DNA from: Candidatus Micrarchaeaceae archaeon
Lineage (GTDB): Bacteria; Chloroflexota; Dormibacteria; Aeolococcales; Bog-877
Reading direction: 5' to 3'
DNA: 64,000 nt
Assembly: GCA_035531715.1 (NCBI GenBank)
Contig: DATKSI010000034.1
Span: 101,177 to 165,176, forward strand
The position numbers and the translations under genes were made by a program. Every line of letters begins with the position of its first letter. The stretch's first letter is position 1. Of this stretch, positions 20,423 through 29,379 are shown in pieces. The notes below the pieces were generated by a model. That model was given only the letters and a program-made list of their open reading frames with translations, was not told the DNA's origin and ran no database searches.

Positions 20423-21240
20423 GCGCGGCGCGGTTGAACCGGCACCTCTACCGAGCCGGCCCGGCGGCGCTGGGCTGGCCCCGCCAGGTGGGCATGGGCT
20501 GGTGGTACCAGCTGAAGATGCAGGCGCAATCCGGATTCGTGGTAATGGTCTCGTTGGTTCAGCCGCTGATCTTCGCCAGCATCGCCATGGCCGATCAGCA
20601 GGCCGGCAATCGCACCCTGCCGTTGCTCTACTACGCCTTGGGGGCGGGGATCATGGGGATCTGGTCCACGGTGGTCTTCGGCTGTGGGGGCGCCCTCTCC
20701 TGGCAACGCCACCAGGGGATGCTCGAGCCCCTGGTGATGGCCCCCGCCCCGCTGGTCCTGGTGCTGCTGGGAATCACCCTGGGCACGGCGACCGTGGGAC
20801 TCTACTCGATGGGAGCCACCTTGCTCTGGGGCTGGCTGATCTTCGGGGCCCACCTTCACCTGGTTGATCCCGTGGCCTTTGTGATCGCGGCCCTGGTGAT
20901 GGTGGTGGCGCTCGGGCTGCTCGGCTTGGTCCTGGGCGCTAGCTTCGTCCTCTACCGGAATGCCAACTCCTTGTCTAATGCCCTGGAGTACCCGGTTTGG
21001 CTGATCTGCGGGCTTGTGGTCCCCCTCTCGCTGCTTCCCGGCTGGACCCATTACCTCGCTTACGTCCTGGCCCCGACCTGGGGGATCAAGGCGATGCGGG
21101 CCGCGGCGCTCGGGGGAGACCCCTGGGTGCCCGTGCTCTGGTGCGTGGTGGCCTCGCTGATCTATCTCGGCCTGGGCGTGGTGCTGGTGAGCAATGTCGA
21201 GCGGCTGGCCCGAGTCCACGCCACTCTGACCTTCCAATGA
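20419..21240 (+). CDS. ABC-2 type transporter permease
   Basis: ATGA overlap with the ATPase gene. Six hydrophobic segments, with length and profile typical of ABC-2 permeases. Confidence 0.75.
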   Translation: MSAARLNRHLYRAGPAALGWPRQVGMGWWYQLKMQAQSGFVVMVSLVQPLIFASIAMADQQAGNRTLPLLYYALGAGIMGIWSTVVFGCGGALSWQRHQGMLEPLVMAPAPLVLVLLGITLGTATVGLYSMGATLLWGWLIFGAHLHLVDPVAFVIAALVMVVALGLLGLVLGASFVLYRNANSLSNALEYPVWLICGLVVPLSLLPGWTHYLAYVLAPTWGIKAMRAAALGGDPWVPVLWCVVASLIYLGLGVVLVSNVERLARVHATLTFQ

Positions 21241-22058
21241 GCGCGGCCTCCCTGTCGAGGCGCCAGGGGTCGGGCAACTTCTGGCGGGTGTTCTTCATCG
21301 GGGGCTTGATTTCCTACCGCGCCCTCTTCTACTGGATCACCCCTTGGCAGTACATCCCCACCATGCTGGCCGCGCCGCTCTTCCAAATCCTCTTCTTCGT
21401 TTACCTGGGGCGGGCCACCGGGGTCGGATCATCGACCTTCTTCGTGGTGGGAAACTCGATCCAGATCTGCAGCATGTCCGGGATCTACGGCATGACCATG
21501 GCGCTGGCCAACGAGCGCCAGTTCCAGACGCTGAGCCCAATTCTGGCCACCCCCGCCAACCGCATCGCGCTCTTCCTGGGTCGGGGGCTGCCGGTCCTGG
21601 CTGCCGGGCTGCAGACATCTGCCTTCGGATTCCTAGTCTCGGCGCTGATTCTGAACTTCCGGCCCGCTCCCAGTGCCTTGCCTGAACTAGCCCTGACCGT
21701 GCTGATCACCACCGCTTCGTGCACCGGATTCGGGATGGCGCTGGGGTCGATCGGACTGCGGGCCAGGGACATCTGGCTCACGGCCAACATCGCTTACTTC
21801 GCCATGCTCCTGCTCTGTGGGGTGGAGGTGCCCCTGCACCAGCTGCCCGGAGCGCTCCGGGTGGTGTCCAATCTCCTGCCCCTGACCCACGGCATCGCCG
21901 CGGGTCGGTTGCTGGCCAGCGGCCACCACCTGGGGGCCGCCTGGCCCTACATATTGGAGGAGTTCGTCGTGGGGGCTGCCTGGGCAACCCTCGCCTTCCT
22001 GCTCTTCAGCTACTTCGAGCGACAGGGGCGGCGGACAGGGAGCTTCGATCGGCTATGA
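21237..22058 (+). CDS. ABC-2 type transporter permease (second subunit)
   Basis: ATG 21237 overlaps the previous stop (ATGA). Hydrophobic profile similar to the preceding permease. The ORF-track start at 20997 lies inside the previous gene. Confidence 0.75.
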   Translation: MSAASLSRRQGSGNFWRVFFIGGLISYRALFYWITPWQYIPTMLAAPLFQILFFVYLGRATGVGSSTFFVVGNSIQICSMSGIYGMTMALANERQFQTLSPILATPANRIALFLGRGLPVLAAGLQTSAFGFLVSALILNFRPAPSALPELALTVLITTASCTGFGMALGSIGLRARDIWLTANIAYFAMLLLCGVEVPLHQLPGALRVVSNLLPLTHGIAAGRLLASGHHLGAAWPYILEEFVVGAAWATLAFLLFSYFERQGRRTGSFDRL

Positions 22059-22318
22059 CCCCACCGAGCGAAGCATCCGCTCCGATCAGGCTCGACCTAC
22101 GGGGCGTCGCCTGCCCGCTGACGTTCGTCCGCACCCGGCTGGCACTCAACCGGCTGGACCCGGGGGTGCCGCTGGAGGTGCTGCTGGATGAGGGTGAGCC
22201 CGCGGACTCAGTTCCCCGCAGCTGCGTCGAGGACGGCGAAAACGTGCTGGAACTCGCACCTTGGACAGAGCCGGGCGTGGTGCGCTTGTTGGTGGAAAAG
22301 CGCGCCGCCGACGGCTGA
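22055..22318 (+). CDS. TusA/SirA-like sulfur-carrier family protein
   Basis: ATGA overlap with the permease stop. The motif LDLRGVACPLTFVRTRLALNRL matches the TusA CPxP region, with the second Pro replaced by Thr. About 87 aa. Confidence 0.7.
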   Translation: MTPPSEASAPIRLDLRGVACPLTFVRTRLALNRLDPGVPLEVLLDEGEPADSVPRSCVEDGENVLELAPWTEPGVVRLLVEKRAADG

Positions 22319-22695
22319 CCCGATCAATGCCACGTCGTTCAGCCACGCGCGCCCGCTGGCGTGGACCACAGTCAAATCTTCCCTGCAACATTCCCGAGCT
22401 CGCGGCTGCGGACCTCGGCGTCCGTGCCGGTTGGCATTTCGGTACGGCACCCAGGCGAGGGTCGGCGCTGCGCCCTGGCGGCCCGCACCACCGCGGCGTC
22501 AGCTCGAAAAGGCTGGTAAAAACAAGGGGAAATCGCGCACGCCACCGATCGTCCGGACGAATCCCCGGCCGTGCCGAGGGCCCCAGCTTGACGGGTCGCG
22601 GCCGTTGAACCTCGGCTGCTGAACGTCGGGGATCCTGAGCGAGGTGGGGTCCCGTCGATACTTTTCCGGATGGCAGCGCGAAAAATGAGACCTCG

Positions 22696-23247
22696 GTGAC
22701 CACCCAAATCGCTCTCCTCCGGGCCGTCAATGTCGGCGGCCACGCGAAAGTGACGATGGAGGAGTTGCGCCAAGTACTGGACCGCCTGGGCATGCAAAAC
22801 CCGCGCACCCTGCTCCAAACCGGCAACCTGGTCTTCGAGAGTCCGTCGGCAGCTGGGCCCGAGCTGGAGCAGCTGCTCGAGTCGGAGACGGAGCGGCGAC
22901 TCGGTCTGCGGACCGACATCCTGGTGCGGGCCCTCAACGAAATGGCGGCGCTGGTCGCTGGAAATCCCTTTGCCCAGGAGGCCGAGGAGGATCCGAGCCA
23001 CCTGCTAGTGGTCTTTCTCAAAACTCGGCCCCCCGAGGGTGCGGCGCAAGCTCTGGACGCCCTTCCCGGTCCCGAGCGGGTGCGCCCGTGGGACCGCCAC
23101 CTCTTCGCGACTTACCCCGCTGGCATCGGCCGCTCCCCGCTGACCATGTCCTACCTCGAGCGCAAGTTGGGAACCCGAGGGACCGCTCGCAACTGGAACA
23201 CGGTGCTCAAGCTGGACCGCCTCGCCCAGGAATCAATTCGCAGCTGA
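22696..23247 (+). CDS. DUF1697 family protein
   Basis: IALLRAVNVGGHAKVTMEELRQVLDRLGMQNPRTLLQTGNLVFES is the characteristic DUF1697 N-terminus. Confidence 0.8.
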   Translation: MTTQIALLRAVNVGGHAKVTMEELRQVLDRLGMQNPRTLLQTGNLVFESPSAAGPELEQLLESETERRLGLRTDILVRALNEMAALVAGNPFAQEAEEDPSHLLVVFLKTRPPEGAAQALDALPGPERVRPWDRHLFATYPAGIGRSPLTMSYLERKLGTRGTARNWNTVLKLDRLAQESIRS

Positions 23248-23251
23248 ACCT

Positions 23252-24742
23252 CTACGGGGCAAGTTGCGAGGGTTCCCAACCGGCGGCGGTGGTGGGCCGC
23301 AAGAGCACGGTGAACCGAGCTCCCTGGCCCGGCTCTGAATCTGCCCTGACCCGACCTCCCTGGGCCTCAACCAGGGACTGCACGATGGCCAGCCCGAGCC
23401 CGCTGCCCCCGTCCTGGCGGGACCTTGAGTCGCTGGCGCGGAAGAAGCGCTCGAAGACCCGAGACAGATCCTCGGTGCTGATCCCCGGCCCCTGGTCGGC
23501 ACAGCGAAGGCCCACCAGACCATCTTCCTGGACCGTGGACCAGACGATCCCCTGGCCCAATCCGTGACGCTCCGCGTTGGCCTGGAGGTTGCCGACGATG
23601 GTCGTCAAGGCGTCGGGATCGGCCAGGGCCGTCAGCCCCGGCTGCAGTTCCAGCCGAACCTGGGCGGGAGGGTTGCGATGCTGCAGGAAGTTCTCCAAAA
23701 ACGAAGTCAATTCCACCGGTCGCAACTGCACTGAACGCTGCGCGTCGGCGCGCGCCAGGGTGAGCAGATCCATGACCAGCGAGCGCATTCGCTCGGCCTC
23801 CTCGGACATCACCGGCAACGCCGCCTGGACCACCTCCGGGCTGGCTCCGGCGCCTCGCTGGAGCACATCCAGGTAACCCTTGATGGCGGTCAGGGGGGTG
23901 CGCAACTCATGGGAGGCGTCCCCGATGAACTGCCGCATGCGCCGTTCGGCCTGCTCGCGCTCCTTCACCGTCCGTTCCACGTTCTCCGCCATCTGGTCGA
24001 ACACCCGTGCCAATTCGCCCACCTCGTCCTGGCGGGGCGGGAGGCCGCTCCGCCGTGCGAGGTCGCCGCGCCCGAGGGCCTGGGCGGTCGAGGTGAGACG
24101 GCCGAGGGGCCCCAGACCGCGGCTGGTCAGCCAGAGCCCGATCAGCAGAGCTACCAAGAGCACGGCGGCGCCGCCCACCCCCAGCACCGCCGCAGCGGTG
24201 CGGAGTTCACCCTGAACTGGGCCGGCGGGCTCCGCCAGCTCGATCGCGCCCAGATGATTTCCAATTCGGCCGCGGAGCGGGAGGAGCATCACCAACTGAC
24301 TGGCCCGACCCTTTCCCAATAGGAGCGGACCAACCACCCTGCCGGATTGGATGGTGGCTTCGAGGTCGCTGGGCGAGGGGGTGGGGACGGCGACCCCGAT
24401 CTGGACCGTGGTGGCCGTGCCCGGACCGGCCGAGACGACGATCGAGAGATTGGGAGAGTAGATCGCGGACGTGATCCCGTCCGCGGCCAGCACCCTGACC
24501 AGGTTCCGGGCTAGGGTCGCGGCCGGCAGGGCGGCGCGTCCGTTCCGCACTCGCGCCCTCTCCTCGGCGAGCAGCACCGACCGACCGGCTCTGTACGTGG
24601 AGTCCAAACTCTGGCTGCGACTGCTCAGGACCGCCCCCCGCAAGAGGCTGTACTCAAATCCGCCGGCCACCACCAGCAGCACTGCGAGCAGCCCGACGAA
24701 AGCGAGGGTCAGCCGCCAGCGTAGGCTGCGGTGCCAGGGCAC
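23252..24742 (-). CDS. Sensor histidine kinase (TM - periplasmic loop - HAMP - HisKA - HATPase)
   Basis: H-box FIGDASHELRTPLTAIKGY, plus DQGPGI and GGSGLGLAIV boxes. GTG 24742 sits 7 nt after the regulator stop. GTG 24814 would overlap the regulator gene by 65 nt. Confidence 0.88.
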   Translation of the reverse strand: MPWHRSLRWRLTLAFVGLLAVLLVVAGGFEYSLLRGAVLSSRSQSLDSTYRAGRSVLLAEERARVRNGRAALPAATLARNLVRVLAADGITSAIYSPNLSIVVSAGPGTATTVQIGVAVPTPSPSDLEATIQSGRVVGPLLLGKGRASQLVMLLPLRGRIGNHLGAIELAEPAGPVQGELRTAAAVLGVGGAAVLLVALLIGLWLTSRGLGPLGRLTSTAQALGRGDLARRSGLPPRQDEVGELARVFDQMAENVERTVKEREQAERRMRQFIGDASHELRTPLTAIKGYLDVLQRGAGASPEVVQAALPVMSEEAERMRSLVMDLLTLARADAQRSVQLRPVELTSFLENFLQHRNPPAQVRLELQPGLTALADPDALTTIVGNLQANAERHGLGQGIVWSTVQEDGLVGLRCADQGPGISTEDLSRVFERFFRASDSRSRQDGGSGLGLAIVQSLVEAQGGRVRADSEPGQGARFTVLLRPTTAAGWEPSQLAP

Positions 24743-24749
24743 CCGGACG

Positions 24750-25451
24750 TCAGTCGGCGGCGAGACGATAACCCACTCCCCTGACGGTCTGAATGAGCTG
24801 GCGATCAACGTCACTCAGCTTGCGCCGTAGGTAGCGCACGTAGACCTCGAGATTGTTCTCGTCCCCGTAGAAGGAGACTCCCCAGACCGCGTTCAGAATT
24901 CGGTCACGCGGGATCACCTCGCCCCGATGCTCCATCAGATAGGCGAGGAGGTCGAACTCCCTCGCCGAAAGCCCGACCTCCTCTCCATCCAGCCATACCT
25001 TCCGGGTGCTGCGGTCCAGCTCCAGCGATCCTGCCCGGAGCAAGGCCGTCTGCTCCGGCTGTCGCCGCCGCAACACGGAGCGGACCCGGGCCAGCAGTTC
25101 GCCGAACTCGAACGGCTTGCCCAGATAGTCGTCGGCTCCCAGATCAAGGCCCAGGATGCGGTCCTGGGTGTCGTCCCGGGCGCTCAAAATCACCAGTCCT
25201 CGACGAGGGTCGCCAGCGAGTTCCCGGGTGAGGGCGATCCCGTCCATGCGGGGCATCATCACGTCCAGTACCACCACGTCCGGGGTGAAGCGGTCGACCG
25301 CGGCCAGGGCCGCCCGGCCGTCCGCGGCGGTCTCGACCTCGAAGCCCTCCCGGCTCAACCCGATCCGGATGAACTCGGTGATGGCGGGCTCGTCGTCGAC
25401 CACCAGCACCCGGGGCGGACCGGGCCGCCGGCCGCTCACCTCTTCCGGCAT
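24750..25451 (-). CDS. OmpR/PhoB-type response regulator
   Basis: Receiver domain (VLVVDDEPAITEF...DVVVLDVMMPRMDG) and winged-helix output (LSAREFDLLAYLMEH...LEVYVRYLRRKL). Confidence 0.92.
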   Translation of the reverse strand: MPEEVSGRRPGPPRVLVVDDEPAITEFIRIGLSREGFEVETAADGRAALAAVDRFTPDVVVLDVMMPRMDGIALTRELAGDPRRGLVILSARDDTQDRILGLDLGADDYLGKPFEFGELLARVRSVLRRRQPEQTALLRAGSLELDRSTRKVWLDGEEVGLSAREFDLLAYLMEHRGEVIPRDRILNAVWGVSFYGDENNLEVYVRYLRRKLSDVDRQLIQTVRGVGYRLAAD

Positions 25452-25751
25452 GGCAGCGGAAGTATAGATCGATCCATTTCGTGATCAGAACAGCCTCAGG
25501 CGGGGCGCGCCCTTAGCCTCGGCTTAGAGTTGCCGACGGCTTCTGAACGGGGACTCGGGGTCAGATTTTGCCGACCGCCGACCATCGACGCGGGGCACCC
25601 TTCCCCGCACTGTTGCCCCGACGATCCCGACCTGGGACCCGAGGGAGAGGGGACGGCTCGAGCCGGACGACTGGCTCAGCGCAGCCCGAGGTGGTCCGGG
25701 TCCAGCCCCTCTGCGAGCCGCCGGGTTTGCACGGCTTAGACTCGATCTCCG

Positions 25752-26561
25752 ATGCCGACACCTACCCCTGGCTCGGTGATACTTCCCCGGCAGACTGCCT
25801 GGCTGGGGACGCAGCCCATCTCCTACTTAGAGCGAGATGGGACCGACCCACCGATCCTTCTGCTGCACGGTTGGGGTAGCAACGCGGCCGGGTTCACCGG
25901 TCTGCTTCGGCTGGCCGTGACCCCGCGCCGGCTGGTCGCACTCGACCTGCCCGGGTTCGGCGACTCTCCGCTCGGAGATGCCGGGTGGACTTCGGCCAGC
26001 TACGCGGAGCTGGTGCGCGAGCTGATCCAGAGCAGGCACTGGGACAATGTCTCGGTTCTGGGCCACTCGTATGGGGGCCGCCTGGCGCTCCGGCTCGGTG
26101 GGGAACCCCAATCCCCGGTGGACCGACTGGTGCTCTGCGCGCCCTCCGGTATCCACATGCCCAACTCGGGCGGCCCAGGCGGTCGGGTGCGATTGTTCCG
26201 CGCACTGCGCCGGAGCGCCGAAACCCTGCTGCCCACCGGGCTGGCGGAACCCGCGGTCGAATGGCTGCGCCAGCGAATGGGTTCGGCGGACTACCGGACG
26301 GCCGGCCCCCTGCGCCCGATCCTGGTTCGCGCGGTTCAGGAAGATCTCAGCGATCTTGCCCGGCGCGTCAAGCTTCAGACTCTGATCATCTGGGGCCGGC
26401 GCGACACGGAGCAGCCGCTCGACCCGTTCGGGCGGCGACTGCGGCAGTTGATCTCAACCTCGGAGTTGGTCGAGTTCCCTGATAGCGGCCATTTCCCCTT
26501 CGTCGACGAGCCGGTGCGGTTCGCCGCCGTCTTCGACTCCTTCATGGACGCCAGACTCTGA
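25752..26561 (+). CDS. Alpha/beta-fold hydrolase
   Basis: LLLHGWGSN oxyanion region, nucleophile elbow VLGHSYGG, and C-terminal DSGHFPF histidine region. Confidence 0.8.
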   Translation: MPTPTPGSVILPRQTAWLGTQPISYLERDGTDPPILLLHGWGSNAAGFTGLLRLAVTPRRLVALDLPGFGDSPLGDAGWTSASYAELVRELIQSRHWDNVSVLGHSYGGRLALRLGGEPQSPVDRLVLCAPSGIHMPNSGGPGGRVRLFRALRRSAETLLPTGLAEPAVEWLRQRMGSADYRTAGPLRPILVRAVQEDLSDLARRVKLQTLIIWGRRDTEQPLDPFGRRLRQLISTSELVEFPDSGHFPFVDEPVRFAAVFDSFMDARL

Positions 26562-26565
26562 TCCC

Positions 26566-28146
26566 GTGAGCATCCCCATCTGGCAAGCGCTCCTGCTCAC
26601 GGTCGTCGCGGCCGCCTCGATCAGGCGTCGCTACGAGGGGTGGCTCTACTTGCTGCAGCTGGACGAGTACCAGCCGGCTCGGCTGGCCCGAACTGCCGTC
26701 CGCCGCTTGCGCAGCAACTGGCGCTGGCAGGTGGGACTCTCCTTGGGAGCCTTGGTCCTGGCCGCCACCGCCGCGTGGCCCGCCGACTCCTCCAAGGTGA
26801 TCGCGCTGCTCCTGGCGACCTTGCTCCCCTGGGGAACCAATCGCCCCTTCGGCAAGCGGGGGGAGCTACGCTGGACCCGGCGGGCCCAGAGGTTGGCGGT
26901 GCTGGCCGGAGCGCTGACTCTGATCGCCCTCTTCATTTCGCTCTGGAGCGGCTGGCCGGGGGCCGTGGTGATCGCGGCGATCGACCCGGTTCTGGTGGCC
27001 AGTCTCGCACTGGCGGTCGGGGTATTGGCCCCGGACGAACATCGTCGGCGACTCCGTTACATGCACCAAGCGGAGCTGAGGATCGCGGCGGTCGGGGCCC
27101 TGGTGATCGGGGTGACCGGCAGCTATGGCAAGACCACCACCAAGCTCTTCCTGAAGCAGCTGCTGGACTCGCCGGAAACTCCCTGCTTCGCCACCCCCGA
27201 GAGCTTCAACACCACTCTGGGAGTTTGCCGCGCGATCAATGACGAACTGCGCTCGGAGCACCGCTTTGCCATCGTGGAGATGGGCGCGTACCGCCGGGGG
27301 GAGATCGCCGAAATCTGTGCCTTCACCCATCCTCAAGTGGGCATCGTGACTGCCGTGGGGGTGATGCACCTGGAGCGTTTTGGCACCCGCCAGAAGATCG
27401 CCGCCGCCAAGTCCGAGCTGCTCGCCGCCCTACCGGAAACCGGGCTGGCCGTGATCCCCAGTGACGTCGATCAGCGTGAGTTGCTGATCGCCCCGCTTCG
27501 GGCGCCGCTGGTCGGGGTCGGTCAAATGGGGGACCGATGGTGGGCGGAGGAGATTGCCGTGGACGCGGAGGGGACCCAGCTGAGGCTTCGCGGAAGCGCC
27601 GGCGAGGATCTCCAGCTGACCGTCCCGGTCCATGGCGAACCGATCGTGGTCGATCTCCTCTGCGCCTGGACCACCGCGATCGAGCTCGGCGTCTCTTGCC
27701 AGACGCTTGCCGAGCGGATCTCCGGGCTGGAGGGCGCTCCCCACCGGCTCCAGGTGAGCCAGGTAAACGGGATCACCATCATCGACGACGCCTACAATTC
27801 CAACCCCGACGGGGCTGCCGCGGCGCTGCGCCTCCTGGCCAGCTTGCCTGGCCAACGGCGGGTGCTGGTTACTCCCGGCTTCATCGAGCTGGGGCCATTG
27901 CAGGAGCTGAGCATGCGCGAACTGGGACGGCAGGCGGCCGCGGTCTGCAGCCACGTCATCCTGGTCGGCCCGATTCAGTCGGCGGCCATTGCCGCGGGGC
28001 TGGCAGAGGCTGGCTTCCCGGCTTCGCAGCTGACCATCGCCGCCGACCTGGAAGGGGCTCAACACCGGCTCCCCGACGTGGCCGGAGCCGGCAGCATCGT
28101 GCTCTTCGAAAACGACCTCCCCGATTCCTTCCTGGAGCCGGCGTGA
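26566..28146 (+). CDS. MurF-like Mur-ligase-family protein with N-terminal polytopic membrane domain
   Basis: Residues 1 to about 160 are hydrophobic helices. They are followed by the Mur ligase P-loop VTGSYGKTTTK and MurF-like motifs FNTTLGV, EMGAYRRGEI, GVMHLERFG, DDAYNSNPDG and TPGFIELGP. Confidence 0.8.
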   Translation: MSIPIWQALLLTVVAAASIRRRYEGWLYLLQLDEYQPARLARTAVRRLRSNWRWQVGLSLGALVLAATAAWPADSSKVIALLLATLLPWGTNRPFGKRGELRWTRRAQRLAVLAGALTLIALFISLWSGWPGAVVIAAIDPVLVASLALAVGVLAPDEHRRRLRYMHQAELRIAAVGALVIGVTGSYGKTTTKLFLKQLLDSPETPCFATPESFNTTLGVCRAINDELRSEHRFAIVEMGAYRRGEIAEICAFTHPQVGIVTAVGVMHLERFGTRQKIAAAKSELLAALPETGLAVIPSDVDQRELLIAPLRAPLVGVGQMGDRWWAEEIAVDAEGTQLRLRGSAGEDLQLTVPVHGEPIVVDLLCAWTTAIELGVSCQTLAERISGLEGAPHRLQVSQVNGITIIDDAYNSNPDGAAAALRLLASLPGQRRVLVTPGFIELGPLQELSMRELGRQAAAVCSHVILVGPIQSAAIAAGLAEAGFPASQLTIAADLEGAQHRLPDVAGAGSIVLFENDLPDSFLEPA

Positions 28147-28157
28147 GCCTCCAGGGG

Positions 28158-29321
28158 ATGACGATCGCGGTGGTCTTCGGCTCCCGATCCGTGGAGCACG
28201 AGATCAGCATCATCACGGCCTGTCAGGTGATGCCAGTGCTGCGGGAGCTGGGCGCTGAGGTGGTGCCGCTGTACATCACCAAACGGGGCAAGTGGATCAC
28301 CCGGCGGGACTTGGCCGAGCTGAACACCTTTCGCCGCGGGCTGCCGGACGAGGGCGACCCGGTGCTCCTGGATCTGGGCGGCGGCCGACTTCGGGCAGGC
28401 GGCTCCTCGATGCTGTCCCGGCCCCGCGAGCTGGCCCTGGACGTGCTGTTCCCAGCGCTTCATGGCACCTTTGGGGAGGACGGTACCCTGGCTGGATTGG
28501 CCGCCCTGGGCCGGATTCCCCAGGTCGGCAGCGGCACCCTCGCCTCGGCCCTGGCCATGGACAAGCTCCGCTCCAAGCAGCTCTTCCAGGCGCGCGGCTT
28601 CCCGGTGGTTCCGGGGCGGGGCGCGACCAGCCTGGGCCAGGCGCAAGTGGCGGCGGCTGAACTCGGCTTCCCCTTGATCGTCAAGCCCAACCGCGGCGGA
28701 TCCAGTATCGGCGTGGGGCTGGTCACCGAACCCGCCGAGCTGGCCCAGGCGGTGGAAGAGTCCCTCCAGTTCGATACCCAGCTAGTCCTCGAGCCAGCCG
28801 TGCCGGAATCCACCGACCTGAACTGCGCGGTCAAGCTCACCTCGCCGCGCTTCTCAGCCGTGGAAAGACCGATCACCTCCAGCGGCTACCTGAGCTACGC
28901 CGACAAGTACGCCAGCCGGGACAAGACGGCGGGAGGGTTGGGCGGCGGCAAGTCCCAGGGGACCAAGGCCCACGACGGCGACTCGCGGCGGGAGCTGCCC
29001 GCGGATATCCCGGCGGCCACTAGGGCCGAGGTGGAGCGACTGGCGGTGGCGGCCTTCGACGCCCTGGGCTGCGCGGGTTCGGCCCGGGTCGACTTCCTCC
29101 TGTCCGGTTCGGGCGAGCTTTACCTGAACGAGGTCAACACCATCCCTGGCTCGCTGGCCTTCCACCTCTGGGAGGCCAGCGGGATATCCTTCCCGAGCCT
29201 GCTCGAGGAGCTGGTCCGGGAGGCACTGTCGCGAGAGGAGAGCCGGACCCTGACTATGGCCGACAACCTGCTGGCGCCGCAACAGCTACTGGGCAAAGCA
29301 GACCGTCCGTCCTCCGGCTGA
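28158..29321 (+). CDS. ddl: D-alanine--D-alanine ligase
   Basis: VVFGSRSVEHEISIITA N-terminus, FPALHGTFGEDGTLAGLA, KPNRGGSSIGV, and LNEVNTIPG. An alternative GTG at 28143 would overlap the upstream stop. Confidence 0.9.
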   Translation: MTIAVVFGSRSVEHEISIITACQVMPVLRELGAEVVPLYITKRGKWITRRDLAELNTFRRGLPDEGDPVLLDLGGGRLRAGGSSMLSRPRELALDVLFPALHGTFGEDGTLAGLAALGRIPQVGSGTLASALAMDKLRSKQLFQARGFPVVPGRGATSLGQAQVAAAELGFPLIVKPNRGGSSIGVGLVTEPAELAQAVEESLQFDTQLVLEPAVPESTDLNCAVKLTSPRFSAVERPITSSGYLSYADKYASRDKTAGGLGGGKSQGTKAHDGDSRRELPADIPAATRAEVERLAVAAFDALGCAGSARVDFLLSGSGELYLNEVNTIPGSLAFHLWEASGISFPSLLEELVREALSREESRTLTMADNLLAPQQLLGKADRPSSG

Positions 29322-29379
29322 CGGGAGCTTGGCGACCCGCCGGACCTGGTCGACCTCATCAGAAGCTGGTGGCTGGCGG

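Noticed and set aside
25452-25751. Repeated GGCTTAGA octamer (about 25520 and 25733) upstream of the OmpR-type regulator/kinase operon as a response-regulator binding site.
   Set aside because: There are only two copies, about 210 nt apart, with no surrounding similarity. An 8-mer recurring once in 300 bp is not convincing without comparative data.
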